NCBI GenBank assembly: GCA_043228905.1
Contig: JBHGNT010000012.1
Location: 3,410,001-3,474,000, forward strand
Length of the DNA stretch: 64,000 bases
Direction of reading: 5' to 3'
DNA from: Azolla caroliniana
Lineage: Eukaryota; Plantae; Polypodiophyta
Part shown: in pieces, positions 39,201 through 52,287 of the stretch
Layout of the letters: every line of letters begins with the position of its first letter
Numbering within the stretch: position 1 is the stretch's first letter
Translations under genes and position numbers: made by a program
Notes under the pieces: generated by a model
Seen by the model: only the letters and a program-made list of their open reading frames with translations
What the model was told of the DNA's origin: nothing
Database searches by the model: none

Positions 39201-41990
39201 TGTTTCTAAAATGGTATTTCGTATGCATTATGGTCATTATGAGTTTTCAGTCATGCCTTTTTGTTTGATCAATGCTCCAACCACCTTTCAGCAGGAAATG
39301 AATGACAGCTTCTAAGAACAACTCGGAAAATTTGTCGTTATTTTCTTGAATGAGAATCTAGTTTATAGCCTTTCATTGGAAGAACATGGCAAATATGTCT
39401 GCTTTGTTTTAGAAAAATTGCACAACAAACAATTCTACATGAAGATATCTAAATATGAGTTCTTCAAGAAATCAATTACATATCTCAGACATATCATAAC
39501 TGAATGAGGAGTCAAAATTGATCCTTCTTGCATCAAGAGCATCAAACTTTGGCCCACTCTTTGGAATATTCGAGAAGTTCGATCATTCCTTTGTTTTGTT
39601 GTGTTTTCTTTTAAATCTCTTCGCAATTACTCGCAATTGATAATGCCTTGTACTATAATTTCTACTTAAAGGTCAAATTGTGTAAGTCTACAAAACCGAT
39701 AATATGGAATGCTACATTAGACTTTGCCTTTAAGGAACTCATAGATCAAGTGTGGAAAGCTGCTTCACTTCTGTTACCAGATCCTTCGAAACTTTTTCAC
39801 GTTGAAACTTATGCAAGTCATTGTGCTATAGATGTTGTTTTCTAGCAAGATGTTGTTACTAGGATGAGACAGGAGTGATGTGCTAGGAAGCTCCGGAATC
39901 AAGAAGCCAACTAGTAGCTTCATGTGTAGTAAATAAAACTTAAGCTTCAATTGTGCTCTCCAAAATAACCATGTTGACCTTCATTCGTGAATAAGTCACA
40001 TCGACATGAGCCATATCCCAAGCATAAAACTCTCCTAGAACTTGGTTCTTTAATTTTGTTATGTTCCATTCTCCGATTTTTATGTCGTAGGTGGTAATAA
40101 CTTCATCATTTGGATATCCTCCACTTTTGATCCAAAACCACTAACAAAATATGATAGGGTAAAAACTGAATGATGTTTTACAAAATTTAAGAGACTATTG
40201 TGATTGTTACTTTTTCTTGGAGAAGATTGCTCGGTTACATTACAACAACGTTATAATCATATCTCTCAAACAAATAAAACATTAATCCCAATAATAATAT
40301 TCTCACATAAAATGGGAGTTTACAATCTCATGTTTGCTTTCTTACGTGTATGCGATTTAGGAATCATCTTACCCTAATTAGGCATTTTTACTAACAAACA
40401 TGTATGTGATCACCATTCTGATCAAGCGTTAAATTCTCTTAATAAGATTTTCCAAGGTGACAGTTTTGGTATCCAAAAGCTACATGATATCACATGAGTT
40501 GACCTCATGATTTGTCACCTCATAATTCATCGAAAAAGAACACTCGTAGTAGTTTAGTATATTGCTAATGTTAAGCATGTGTTAAAAAATTTTGTTTGTA
40601 TCACATGAAATTACCTTGAAAAATTTATCTAAACGAACATATATTTTATCCATGAAAATCATTAGATTGATTACTATATTTTTATTTTTTTATTTCTAAG
40701 TCGTAACATTTTTAAAAAATGTGTGCTTTTTATTTTTACTCATAAATTGTAATACATAAGTTTTTTGGAGTTAGAAATTAATGATTCCATTCTTGAATTA
40801 TTGAATCATTCTCGAGCACGAATGGTTTGCTCTAGGATTAAGATGTTGTTGCAATACTTATACTAATATATCCACTCTTAAGTCAACGAAGTCATGTTTT
40901 CTTTTTCGGAGTGGGTATATTAGTATAAGTATTGCGACAACGTCCTAATCATAGTTCATTGAAATAGAACACTAGTAGTAGTTTAGTAGATTGCTAATGT
41001 TAAGCATGTGTTTAAAAATTTTGTTTGTATCACATGAAATTATCTTCACAAATGTATCTAAACGAACACACATTTTATCCATGAAAGTCATGACATTGTT
41101 TGCTATATTTTTATTTTTTAATTTCTACATCGTAACATTTTTTTAAATTTTTGCCTTTTATATTTTTACTCATAAATTGTAATACATTAAGTTATTTGGA
41201 GTTAGAAATTAATGATTCCATTCTTGAATTATTGAATCATTCTCGAACACGAATGGTTTTCCCTATGATTAGGACATTGTCGCAATACTTATAAGTTATA
41301 CTTAAATATCCATTCCTAAGTCAATGAAGACATGTATTTCTCTTTAGGAGTGGACCTATCTAACCTTTTCTATATATATATATATATATAGTTTTCATGT
41401 CCTTTTCATTCTTATCTTTATATTTCTCAATAGTACAATATACTATGAGGCTTATGCATTGTCTAAAACTACATGGTGGGGGAATACCTTATATTTTGGT
41501 CCTAATCATGTATTTAATGATTGAAAGTCTGGTCTTAATGCTTGCTAATTAGAGTTGGCATTCAGATTCTTGACAAATAAAAGTATTATATGTTAATGTT
41601 ACTATCGAGAGTTGTCCCTTAATAGAGATTGATGGTTAAATTAGTCTATGAAGATAAGGCTACACAAGATCATATGGGGATACCTCATGATTACTCGGAA
41701 GAGAATACTTGCCATCATTGTATATACCGAGAATGCGAACCCTATGTGTTGACCAGCATATGCCAGAATCACAATGTCATTTAATATATCGGCAATGCGC
41801 TAACCATATGTTTGACCAATATGATTTCTCGACGCTAAGTCACGAGGTCCTCAGTGGAGGGAGGACGGAGTCGCAAAAATGATGTTAAGATAATATTATT
41901 ATCCAAAAGTAAAGAAAGCCAAGGAAGGGTATATATAAGTAACCAAATGCAATATTTGGCATGATTACAAAGAAACCCAAGGTTCCACTT
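36245..41990 (+). repeat. Diverged local tandem duplications of the region upstream of the PGG gene (also 17560-18574)
   Basis: Shared blocks: TAGTAGTTTAGTA..TTGCTAATGTTAAGCA (18552|36245, ~37780, ~40550, ~40980), ATACCCACTCCTAAGTCAA, and ATATCGGCAATG..AACCATATG (~36895, ~38652, ~41786). Confidence 0.85.
39185..39850 (+). pseudogene. Ty3/gypsy RT-RNase H remnant
   Basis: GHYEFSVMPFCLINAPTTFQ..LGKFVVIFLNENLVYS and LLPDPSKLFHVETYAS..AIDVVF. Confidence 0.85.
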
Positions 41991-42025
41991 CAGGAGTACA
42001 AGGGCAAAATTTAACAATCCTGAAG

Positions 42026-43015
42026 ATGGCTCAACGTGCAGGAAATGCTGCTGACCAGGAGCTATCACTTGTGGTGCAGAAGGCCCTGGAGTGGGAGATC
42101 GACATGGCTAAGGGCTTCCTAGTAGGCTATGAGAAGCTCCTATCTGCCCATTCCTTCCTCCTCTCCATCGTCGCCACCATAAATTTCATCTGCTTCCTGC
42201 AGCCGCCGAAAGGCTGGAACGAGAGCGACATCGCTACTCCCAATGGGGCACCCCCACCCCCACCAATGAACACCAAGGGTGTGATGTACGATACCGGATC
42301 CATCGAGGCCTTCTCCATCACCAACAGCCTCTCCCTCTACTGCGCGATCTCGGGCCTGCTCTTCTACGTCTATTGTAGCAGCCCCGCATTGCTTTCCTCC
42401 TCCATACCATTCGAGCTACCTCCCGCCGCCGCGGACAACAATGCCTGCCCCTGCACGAAGAAACCTCCCACCACGGACAGAAGAATGTCGGCGCGCGCCC
42501 GCAATGGGCCATCACCTCCCACGGACAACAACAACAACGCGGACAGAAAAGTTGTCTGCACCTGCACTGAGGGTATAATGGAAATTCTCGACAATGTCCG
42601 CGCCTGCTTCCGTCGTGTGATACTGCCTAGCATACGTAGGCGTGCCATTATCTTGTCCTGCTTCCTCGCTACCGCCCTCACCTTCTCGGTCATGGCATTC
42701 ATAGCTTCGGGCTTCGCGGCCACATCACTACACGAGCGCTGGCACTATGTCGTCCTCCCCGGCATCCCGGGCTGCATTCTGGTGCTCGTCTGCTTCGTGC
42801 TCGCTCTCCTCAAGCATTCCCACGATCTCGATTTCGAGCTGCACTTCGACAACTATTGGAAGCACATTGTGAAGATGGACATGCCGGCCATCGTGCAGAT
42901 CGAATACAAGACTTGCCAGATATTGGACTACACCCCGATCCGCTGCCCCTCATGTTTCTCTTTCCGATCAAATCAAAGTCTTTGTAATAAATACCCCCCA
43001 CCTGAATATGCTTAA
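42026..43015 (+). CDS. PGG-domain-like multi-pass membrane protein (no ankyrin repeats), single exon, 329 aa
   Basis: Intact GC-rich ORF; LLSIVATINFICFLQPPKGW (PGG-like motif), AFSITNSLSLYCAISGLLF and further hydrophobic helices. TATATAA at about 41930. Confidence 0.8.
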   Translation: MAQRAGNAADQELSLVVQKALEWEIDMAKGFLVGYEKLLSAHSFLLSIVATINFICFLQPPKGWNESDIATPNGAPPPPPMNTKGVMYDTGSIEAFSITNSLSLYCAISGLLFYVYCSSPALLSSSIPFELPPAAADNNACPCTKKPPTTDRRMSARARNGPSPPTDNNNNADRKVVCTCTEGIMEILDNVRACFRRVILPSIRRRAIILSCFLATALTFSVMAFIASGFAATSLHERWHYVVLPGIPGCILVLVCFVLALLKHSHDLDFELHFDNYWKHIVKMDMPAIVQIEYKTCQILDYTPIRCPSCFSFRSNQSLCNKYPPPEYA

Positions 43016-44899
43016 TCATTACTCCTCTTAATATCACTTCCTATCTAATCATATCGACTATCTGCTACTGAATTGCTGCTATATTTTTCAGACCTAATTT
43101 CATTACGAAATATCTAAATAAAAAAGGAAAGCTTTATCCTACGCTTGCATATCTTCTATCGTCTCACAACATCACCAAATAAAAAGGTCATCGATTTCTT
43201 CCTTCCTTCCATAGATTCGAAGGAAAATGAAGAAATTCCCTTCTTTGCCGAAAATGGCTTGTAAATCTTCTTTTGGGATTGCAAAACTATAGGCTCCCAT
43301 GAAATCAATCTACTCCAAGCTGAATTTCCCTTATACCAAAATTCCATAATCCAACTTCTTTCCTGCATGGAGTTGCCATGCACCTTCTTTATGTATGAAT
43401 GAATGAATGCTTTGGCGAGTAGTGGGGCTTTAAATTTCTTTCCATTTTCTGTGATTGCTTGTTTTTCTTCGTAGATCAACTAAATTTACACACCGAATAG
43501 ACTTAATTCCTTTGGGAAATTTTCACGGGCTATTAATCCTAACTTTTCGTAACAGGGTTTGGCTATACATACGAAGCCTAACTACCCCCATTAGACACAT
43601 CATTCGACTACGTCGAGACTATCATGATCTTGTGGTGATCATACGCCTATAATGAGAGTACAAGTATGATCTTGTGGTAAACATACTCTTATCGCAGATT
43701 TCCTGGCCGAAGATTTGGTAAACACTTTTGGATATTTGGACAAATTTCATGCGCCCTATCCGACAATGCCTATTTTCTCCAATGGACACAATTTTGGGCA
43801 CTTTGGACCATTTGGACAGCCCGCAATAATAAGGTCTTTGATCGAAACCAACTGCATGAAGTTAGCTTCTTTAAGCAATCCCCCAAGCAATCTTTATTTG
43901 ATTGTTTCCAACTTAGAGACATCACACTCCAAATTTACAACCTTTTCTTTGAGTGCTTTTAAGCTCTTTAGTGTCTAATTGACACTTGTATATTTGTCTT
44001 TATTCTTTGTGGGTTTTCACCTCACTTTGAGGTTTCCCACTAGTAATAAAAGTGTTACTAAAAAAAAAAAAAAGATACTCTTATAATGAGAGTACAAGTA
44101 CCAGGTACAACTCGATACCATGGTGGCGGTATGCGACGCCTATCAAGGCTTGAGTCTATCTCGATCCCTTTGCTACAGGGTGGTCAAGTGAATCAATCGA
44201 TGTTCGTTCGAGCTTGATCCAAAAATTCATAAAAAAGGAACATCGGTATTTCTGTTTTTTTTAATATTTTATTCTCTCTTCTCCCATTCTCGATCATGTT
44301 TAAATCGATATGTTAAAATGTAAATGATTCAATTATGTTGTATTGGTCATAGTTTGTTCATATAAAACGTACATATATATGTGTATGAGGTCAATACCTC
44401 AATTGCCATGTATTTTATATGCGATGTATGTTGTATGCGTAAGAGGTCAATACCTCAATTAAGCATTACATACACTCTCTCTTTTTTAAAAGAAAGATAC
44501 ACGTTAGTATATTACTTGAGAAATGTACATAGAGAAAACTACATACACTCTTTTTGGATGTTGCATGTGCATAGAGGCTACATACCTTGATTACACATCT
44601 CGATTACATTGTTCCTTGGTTTAGGTTTTGTTAACAATTCTTTTATATATACATATGTGATCACATGTATACGTATGTGATCGTATACATGTCATAAACA
44701 TATGATGTATATATTAGGAATTTGTTACATGGTATTGGTATGTCGAATGTTGTCCTTTTCGAGGTAAGGATCTTGGTGGCCATCTTCACATTTTTGGTGG
44801 AGAAGTCTTAGTCACCGTCCTTTTTTAACAAAAACAATTTGTTATACCCCTTGGTCACCTCGTTTTGCCAAACATAACAATTAAACACGCATGTCCACA

Positions 44900-45580
44900 A
44901 TGATGTTGTGGGTGTAAGGGCATGACCCACTTCGTACAAGGTCGCTCTCATGAACCCGCATCCAACATTCCACACTCGTTACGTGAGACCACTATGGGTT
45001 TCGCTAACAATCAGCAACGGTTCAGTTCAGTTCGAGGATGTCAAAACCGAACAGTTTAAAACTTTTGAAACTTGAACCGAACCACGAAACCGTTAAAAAA
45101 AATTCAAACAATTAAAACTGCGGTTTTGTGGTTCACTTTTGGTTTTCAACTTAGGTCAAAATTCAAATTTTAAATTTTTAAAATTTTCATTATGTAAAAA
45201 TTTTAAAGATTTTCCTAAATGTGAGAATAAGGGTTGAAAATGAAAAAAAAAATTATAATTTATAAATTTTTTTAAAAATAATAAAAAATCGTGAAACCGT
45301 GGTTTCTAACTCTTGAAACCGAACCTAAACTAAACTAAACCATTTTAAAAAACCTAAACCTATCCAAGCTGAACTGTTTAAACCGTTAAACCGTGGTTTC
45401 GCAGTTCAGTTCAGTTCAAACTAAATCATTGCCGACTGTTAGGTCTAGCCTTTGGGAGGTTGCAAGATAGCGATGAATTTTATAGTGTCCATGATGGACA
45501 AAGAGGAAGGAATGGGCAGATAGGAGCTTCTCATAGTTGAGGAGGAATCCCCTGGCCATGTTGATCTCCCAAACCCTAAA
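44900..45580 (-). pseudogene. Fragment of a paralogue of the PGG gene, split by a MITE
   Basis: WEINMARGFLLNYEKLLSAHSFL / SIMDTIKFIAILQPPKG* versus WEIDMAKGFLVGYEKLLSAHSFLLSIVATINFICFLQPPKGW. Confidence 0.85.
45005..45441. mobile_element. hAT-like MITE
   Basis: Imperfect TIRs TAACAATCAGCAACGGTT / AATCATTGCCGACTGTTA, AACCG/CGGTT subterminal repeats, degenerate 8-bp TSD GGTTTCGC/GGTCTAGC. Confidence 0.7.
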
Positions 45581-46056
45581 AGTCGACACATGATGGTGAG
45601 TTGAGTGGGTTGTTGACCACGTGTACTTCTCACGGCTACAATGCCTCGGTTTGAAGTAGTGTTCTCGGTCACTTTGTGCTTCCTTTGAACGAAAAGTATG
45701 CACACTAGCCAACCTCCCCTTTCGTTACACTACTACGTGACGAGCTGGACGATGTTTGAGACTACAATAGCCACCTAAGAAGAAGAGGAGACGAAGAAGG
45801 AGAAGCGAAGAATGATATACCTTCACGTAAAAAATGTTAAGGATGAGTTTCAAATGTTGAAAGATGAACACCAAAAGTGAAAATCTCTTCCTTCTCCAAA
45901 ATGCCAATGTCGAAAGAAAACCTTGAAGACAAAGAAAGAAGACTTGAAGAGGAAAAAATATTACAAGACCAAAAGCTCGAAGACGAACAAAAAAAATAAA
46001 AACGTGAGAGCCAAAATGAGCCCTCTTCATTTCCTTTCATAGGGAGAGAGGCGCGT

Positions 46057-49000
46057 TGTCGTGCCTTTCGGCTCCGGATCGTTGCGTGAGTCGGGTGGGA
46101 ACCACTGGGGTTTTGGACTAGGAGAAAGAAAAATACAAATAAGGCTAGTAAAGAATAGGTATAAAGAGTTATAAGATAAGAATCTCGTGAATCCCACGAG
46201 TTTAGTATATTTAGTCAATATTTAGGTAGTAAGAGAGAATTATTTTAGCAAATTCGTGAATCCCACGAATATTTTAGATTGATTGATCATTATAGAAAAA
46301 TAATCAACAAAAACTACAATGTGCTCCCCATCCTTATATAGTGATGGGAGAGACTAAGCATAGCTACATGCTTTTTTCTAATATGTTCATGCACACTAAA
46401 TGTGCATGTGATGCTTTTCTAATCCTTGCTTTTATTTGCTAAATATAGTGCTCATGCACGCTAGATGTGCATGAGTCACTTTTTAGTTGCTTGCGTTTTT
46501 CTATAAAATATTCACACACTCTAAAAATACATGATTTACCTTTTTAATAAAGGTAGGCGCAAATAAAGCACTTATAGTTATTAAATCTATTTATAGAGCA
46601 CTAAAGATAAGGTAGCATAATGGTAAAGTTGAGGTTTGGCTACGTGGAGGTACAAGGTTTGAATCTTACCCTGTGCACGTGATAAATATCTTGATATTCT
46701 TATTTTATTTTTATTTTTATTTATATGTAATTAAATCGGTTATATTATTTTTACTTTTTCACGTAGTGTACGAAATACACTACGACACTCGCCCCCTCCG
46801 AACCCGCACATCCTCCGGTATGTGCCGAAGTTGCCGATGCTCGTTGTCTCCCCTTCATCCTCCGTTTGTCCCGCTATGTCAACTTTGTCTCTCCATTTTG
46901 AGTAGACCCATTCTTTCCACCCGAACCATTGTCGCCATCCGATCCACCATATTCTTTGTTCTCTCTCGTCATATTCTTGGCCCTTGTCATTCGTGGTAGT
47001 GTCTTTTACTGGCCTCTTTCTTGTCTTCATCAACCTTGACTTTTTTCCGGATCGCTCTCGTCCGATCAACTTTCGGTTTGATCGGCTTCCGATCGGATTC
47101 ATATTCGGCCGAATCGGAATAGGTTGTTCGGTTTCGATTGAGTCGGTCTTCTTCCGGCCCGGTTTCGATCTATCGGTTTCGGTTTCGGTTGGCTTTCTTT
47201 TCCTCGTTTTCACCAGCCTCGACCGGTCCAACCTTCGGTTGAGTCGGATTAGCTTCTTTCCGGATCGGTCTCGTCCGATCGACTTTCGGCTAGGTCGGCT
47301 TCCATCCATATTCGCGTTCGGCCAAGTCAGACTCGGTCGATCGGTTTTGACCGAGTCGACCCCTTTTCGGGTCGGCTTTCTTTCGGGTCGTCTTTCGGCC
47401 GAATCCTCATTCGCCCGGTTCGGCTTTCGTTTGTGTCGTCTTTCGGCCGAATTCTCTTCCTTTCGGTTCGGCTTTCTTTCGGGTCGTCTTTCGGTTGAAT
47501 CCCCTTTCACCCGGTTCGGCTTTCTTTCGGTTCGTCTTTTGGCCGAATCGTCTTTTACCCGGTTCGGCTTTCTTTCGGATCGGAATCCCGTCCGGATCAC
47601 CTTCCATCCGAACCGGCCTCCGACTTTACCTTTCTTGCCACCACCTCCTGTCTCTCCGGTCTCACGTTGGTTCTCGGACACAACCGCCGAAGTCTCTAGA
47701 ATTAGTGGGTAGGAATCCTCGGTATTATCATCCTCTGTCATTTCAACCATAGCCTCCTTCTCGGCTATCTCTCCGTCGTATGAATCGGCTTCGACCTTTG
47801 TTTTCTCTCCACCACCTTCCGTCTCTTCGGTCTCACGTTGCCTTTCGAACGCAACCGCCGGAGTCTCTGGAATCAGTGGTGGAGAAATCTCGATATGGCC
47901 ATCCGCCATTGATTCGTCCATGGCCACCTTCGATTCGATGTCATCTTTCTTGGTGACCTCCTCAATCAAGTCCTCCTTGCTCTCTTTCACTGCATCAATT
48001 ATGGAAACATCAATTATGCTTACCCCTTTTTCACCTGATGTTTCGGACACTTGTATTCCGAAATCTTCTTCTACACTTGGGTTATCGGCCTTATCCTTCG
48101 CCGTCGTTCTTTCGCAAGACAAGAGGGTAGCTTGTTTTACACCCTCTTCCGTCGCACCATCATGTTGTATTTCGGCCTTCATATCGGCTCCATCGTTTGT
48201 CTTCAATCGACCATCCTTCATCGGCCATGTCATTGACAAGATTCTCATCTTCCTCTCATCATGTCTCCGGCATACCCTTTGGACTTCGGCCCAATTTTCG
48301 GTAAGACCATTCGTACCATCATCGTCTTCGAGTTCGATCCCGATGTCCATCCTTTCTTTTCGATCGATCGATTTTACGAACATTAGGACTTTATCTTCTC
48401 CCACCAATCGTTGTTCCCGCTCCGAGAGTCGAGCAAAACGATGCTCGAACTCTAGGAATGCTTGTGTTGCACTTCGGTGGGTCTTCTCCGATGCCACCCA
48501 TTCGTCAAACTCGCGTCGATCTCGTCCCTTCGATCTCTCGTAGTCATATGCCTCTCGTAAAGCTTCTTCAAATGACCCCCATGTCGAGTTTTGTTGCCGT
48601 ATCTTGTGGATTCTCTCTTGTAGCTCATCCGTGGCTACCCGACTGAAGGATGTCACTTGCAATCCTTCCGGTATCCCACATCGTATCATCTCTGCCTTGT
48701 AGTCCTGCAAATATCGCGACACATCCTTACCATTAAATTGCCCGTTGTGTTGCACGAGCCACTCTACTGATGCCGAAATCTCCGACATTGCTCGTTGTTC
48801 TTGTAGCATCCGCTCGAACATCATCACCATTGTTATGCTCATCGCCTCTTGTTGATTCTCCATCTCCTTGCCACCCGCCTTCACATCGGGTTCACCAACT
48901 GTGTCGTGCCTTTCGGCTCCGGATCGTTGCGTGAGTCGGGTGGGAACCACTGGGGTTTTGGACTAGGAGAAAGAAAAATACAAATAAGGCTAGTAAAGAA

Positions 49001-49632
49001 TAGGTATAAAGAGTTATAAGATAAGAATCTCGTGAATCCCACGAGTTTAGTATATTTAGTCAATATTTAGGTAGTAAGAGAGAATTATTTTAGCAAATTC
49101 GTGAATCCCACGAATATTTTAGATTGATTGATCATTATAGAAAAATAATCAACAAAAACTACAATGTGCTCCCCATCCTTATATAGTGATGGGAGAGACT
49201 AAGCATAGCTACATGCTTTTTTCTAATATGTTCATGCACACTAAATGTGCATGTGATGCTTTTCTAATCCTTGCTTTTATTTGCTAAATATAGTGCTCAT
49301 GCACGCTAGATGTGCATGAGTCACTTTTTAGTTGCTTGCGTTTTTCTATAAAATATTCACGCACTCTAAAAATACATGATTTACCTTTTTAATAAAGGTA
49401 GGCGCAAATAAAGCACTTATAGTTATTAAATCTATTTATAGAGCACTAAAGATAAGGTAGCATAATGGTAAAGTTGAGGTTTGGCTACGTGGAGGTACAA
49501 GGTTTGAATCTTGCCCTGTGCACGTGATAAATATCTTGATATTCTTATTTTATTTTTATTTTTATTTATATGTAATTAAATCGGTTATATTATTTTTACT
49601 TTTTCACGTAGTGTACGAAATACACTACGACA
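46057..49632 (-). mobile_element. Young gag-only LTR element C, tRNA-Trp primed
   Basis: 731-bp LTRs 46057-46787 and 48902-49632 (I see two mismatches); TSD GCGT. PBS 48880-48897 (17/18 to the tRNA-Trp 3' end); PPT GGAGGGGGCGAG at 46788-46799. Confidence 0.96.
46740..48862 (-). CDS. gag: Intact Gag-like protein with acidic and basic-repeat extension (likely start MENQQ; frame open from 48950)
   Basis: Uninterrupted ORF spanning the whole internal region and ending in the 3' LTR. Helical capsid-like N-terminus, ERKPNR repeats, WWIGWRQWFGWKEW motif. Confidence 0.8.
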
Positions 49633-49861
49633 GCGTCATTTTCACAAAATGCAAATATTCCTATTTTTCTTCAAAAAAGAAAAAGGAGTAATTCCCTTTA
49701 ATTCGTGTCGCACTACAGAGATTCGAACTCTGCACCTATAGTACAAAGTCAATGGCTCTCCGTTCACCTTCAACTATCATAAGTACATATATACATTATG
49801 TGGTGCCTTTTCTTTTCCCTTTTCCCCCACGTTTTTCCACCTTTTCTTGACCTTGACATAG

Positions 49862-51290
49862 GTTGATCCTTTGTCGAATAGCCTCGTCTCCATTCTAGCC
49901 TATGTAATGTGTGGGTTGCCCAAGATGATTAGGTAAGAGGACGTCTCTTGCACGAAGAAGTGTTGGTCAATGTCTACATCCCCTAGTACCTTCACCCTTA
50001 TGTTTGGGTAAGAATCGTGTGCTCCTTGATTACACTGGTCACTGCTCTTATCTTCCACCATGTTTAGCGTTGATTAACCATTTCCCCTTCTTGTAGAAGT
50101 GCATAGACATTAAGTTGATCTGAGATGCATGGTCAATCATTGCCAGGCCAATGGCTCTTTAAAATCCCCAATTTGTATTGGGTCTTCAATTGCCCTTGCT
50201 AAACGTGGGCTTGTATAATGACTATCCACATAGTCTTCTTCGGCCTCAAACTTGTTTATTGCCAACACATTTACGTTCATGGGTCTTGCCCCCTCTTGGG
50301 AGGATTTCGATAGAGGTTTACTAGAAAAGTACGTCTTTGAAAACTCCATGAAGATGGCAAAGAAAGACCTTATGGATTGGGTTGAATCACCCAGGAAGGG
50401 GAGGTGCACCATCACGGTGCTACAAGAGTTCGAGAAGCAATTTTTGTGCCTCTTGACGCTCGATAGGATAGTACTTGATAGGAGTAAAGTTTTAAATTTT
50501 CTCAAGATTGTGGTGGATGCTCTAGATAGGGAGAAGATGGGCTTGCTACTCGAGAATGAGGATGGGCTTATGATAGATTGGGCCATGGGAAAATGGGAGT
50601 GTGGTCGCATCAATAAGCGATGAGAATGGTATGATTGTGATTCCTCAAGTGACCAAGGTCTGATGGAAAGAGCCCTATGGTATGGATGGCATCGAAATTG
50701 TGGAAAGGAGGGAATGAGCAAATGCGGGCCCAATACTAACAACAAACATAGTGGAAGGACCGTTTGGGGACATGACAAGCGATGAGATCACAAAGACAGT
50801 AAGGAACCTCCAGATAGCCTAAGCAAAGAGAGATGGTGAGCGTCCTCCTCAAGATTGACGTCCTACATTCGTGCAAAGATGCATGTGGTGTGACAAAACT
50901 GGGCATGAAAGGAGGGAGTGTGAGGACTTCCAAGAGGCCCTACAATGAATAATTGTATATTTTGTGGAAAACAAGGTTGATTCAATGGAAACAAGACCCC
51001 CCTTGGTATTAAACTCTAATTGAGGAGGAATGAGGAGATTGGACCTCAAAATGTTGAGGCTATCTATTACGCAACATCAGGCTGGGGATTGAGTGAGGGA
51101 AGGAAACGAGAAGTCTGAGATGGGAAGGAGAGTTAAATTTGGCCATCTATCCTCTGGAGCCTTGCAAAGGGAAAGCTTCGAAAGGAGGACGTGAACCAAG
51201 CCAAGAAGTGGGTCCAAGAAGCAACTAGATGGAAGGACCAGGTGGAAGTGAAGATGGGCTTATGGGAGATGCCTGCCATAACTATGAAGT
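49862..51290. pseudogene. Rearranged gypsy gag (+) and protease (-) remnant related to the B/C Gag
   Basis: + strand 50252-50623 KVLNFLKIVVDALDREKMGLLLENEDGLMIDW and CMWCDKTGHERREC (~50880). - strand IDHASQINLMS..FFVQETSSYLIILG (49862-50250). Confidence 0.7.
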
Positions 51291-51403
51291 TCTACCATAT
51301 GGTTTGTATCCGACTTCGATCGGATTGATCAATTTTTTATTCAACCAATTATCAACTCGGCTCGAATCGACAACTGGGGGCCTATTTTCGGTCGATTGGG
51401 AGG

Positions 51404-51923
51404 CTAACCTTGTCTTCTCCATCTCCTAGTTGGAAATTGTCTTCTCTTCCGTAAGACAATATCTTGGCTCCTAATCACCTTCTTGTCGATTAGGTTCCAC
51501 ATCCAATAGACAAATTTGTCTTCGTCGTACCCCAAGGAAATGCATGGTCGAGTCTTAGGATCCAATTTCCCCGTTTGGTCGTTGGCAACATGCACATATG
51601 AAAGGCAACCAAACACCCTAAGATACCGGTAGGACACATCTTTCCCAGTCTACACCCTCTCTGGGATATCACCATCTAGGGGTATCGAGGGAGACTTGTT
51701 TATTATGTAGATGACTGTCATCAGTGCCTCTGCCCAATACATCTTTGACAACTTCACATGTGCCAGCATACATCAGACTCTTTCCATGATAGTCAGTTCA
51801 TCCTTTCAGCCAAATCATTTAGCTCTGGTGTCTTCGACACTGTATACTCTAGCCAGATACCTTGCGACCAGTAGTATTCTTCGAATTGCCCTCTGTACTC
51901 TCCATCGTTGTCTGTCCAAAACA
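51404..51923 (-). pseudogene. copia integrase fragment
   Basis: TDNDGEYRG..YTVSKTPELNDLAERMN..YWAEAL..LRVFGCLSYVHV..KLDPKTRPC. Confidence 0.9.
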
Positions 51924-52287
51924 CGTTCGCATTCACAAGTGGAAGGATCACGCATAAATGGAAGGATAAGGAATATTTTGGTGGATTTTAGGGCTTTTTC
52001 AATGATTTTACAAAACACATTGATACCAATATCATACATGTTCAAATATACTATGAAAAAGGTTAAAAATCCACTATTTTCGTGATTTAGAAGTAAATAA
52101 AAAAAGAGGAATTTCAAAAAGTTACATTCTCAATTTATATCACAAACTTTACGACCAATGTTATTTTATAAGAAACGATTTTTTAGAAATCATAAGAATT
52201 CAAAACACATGCTTTTATATTACTCGATTTGTTACAAGCAAAATGTAGTCACACTTAATAGCCAAAAATACATTCATGATCACTCCT

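Noticed and set aside
45725-49860. Older LTR that may host element C and carry the 49709-49780 cassette
   Set aside because: Termini and TSD were not identifiable, so it is not listed as a feature.
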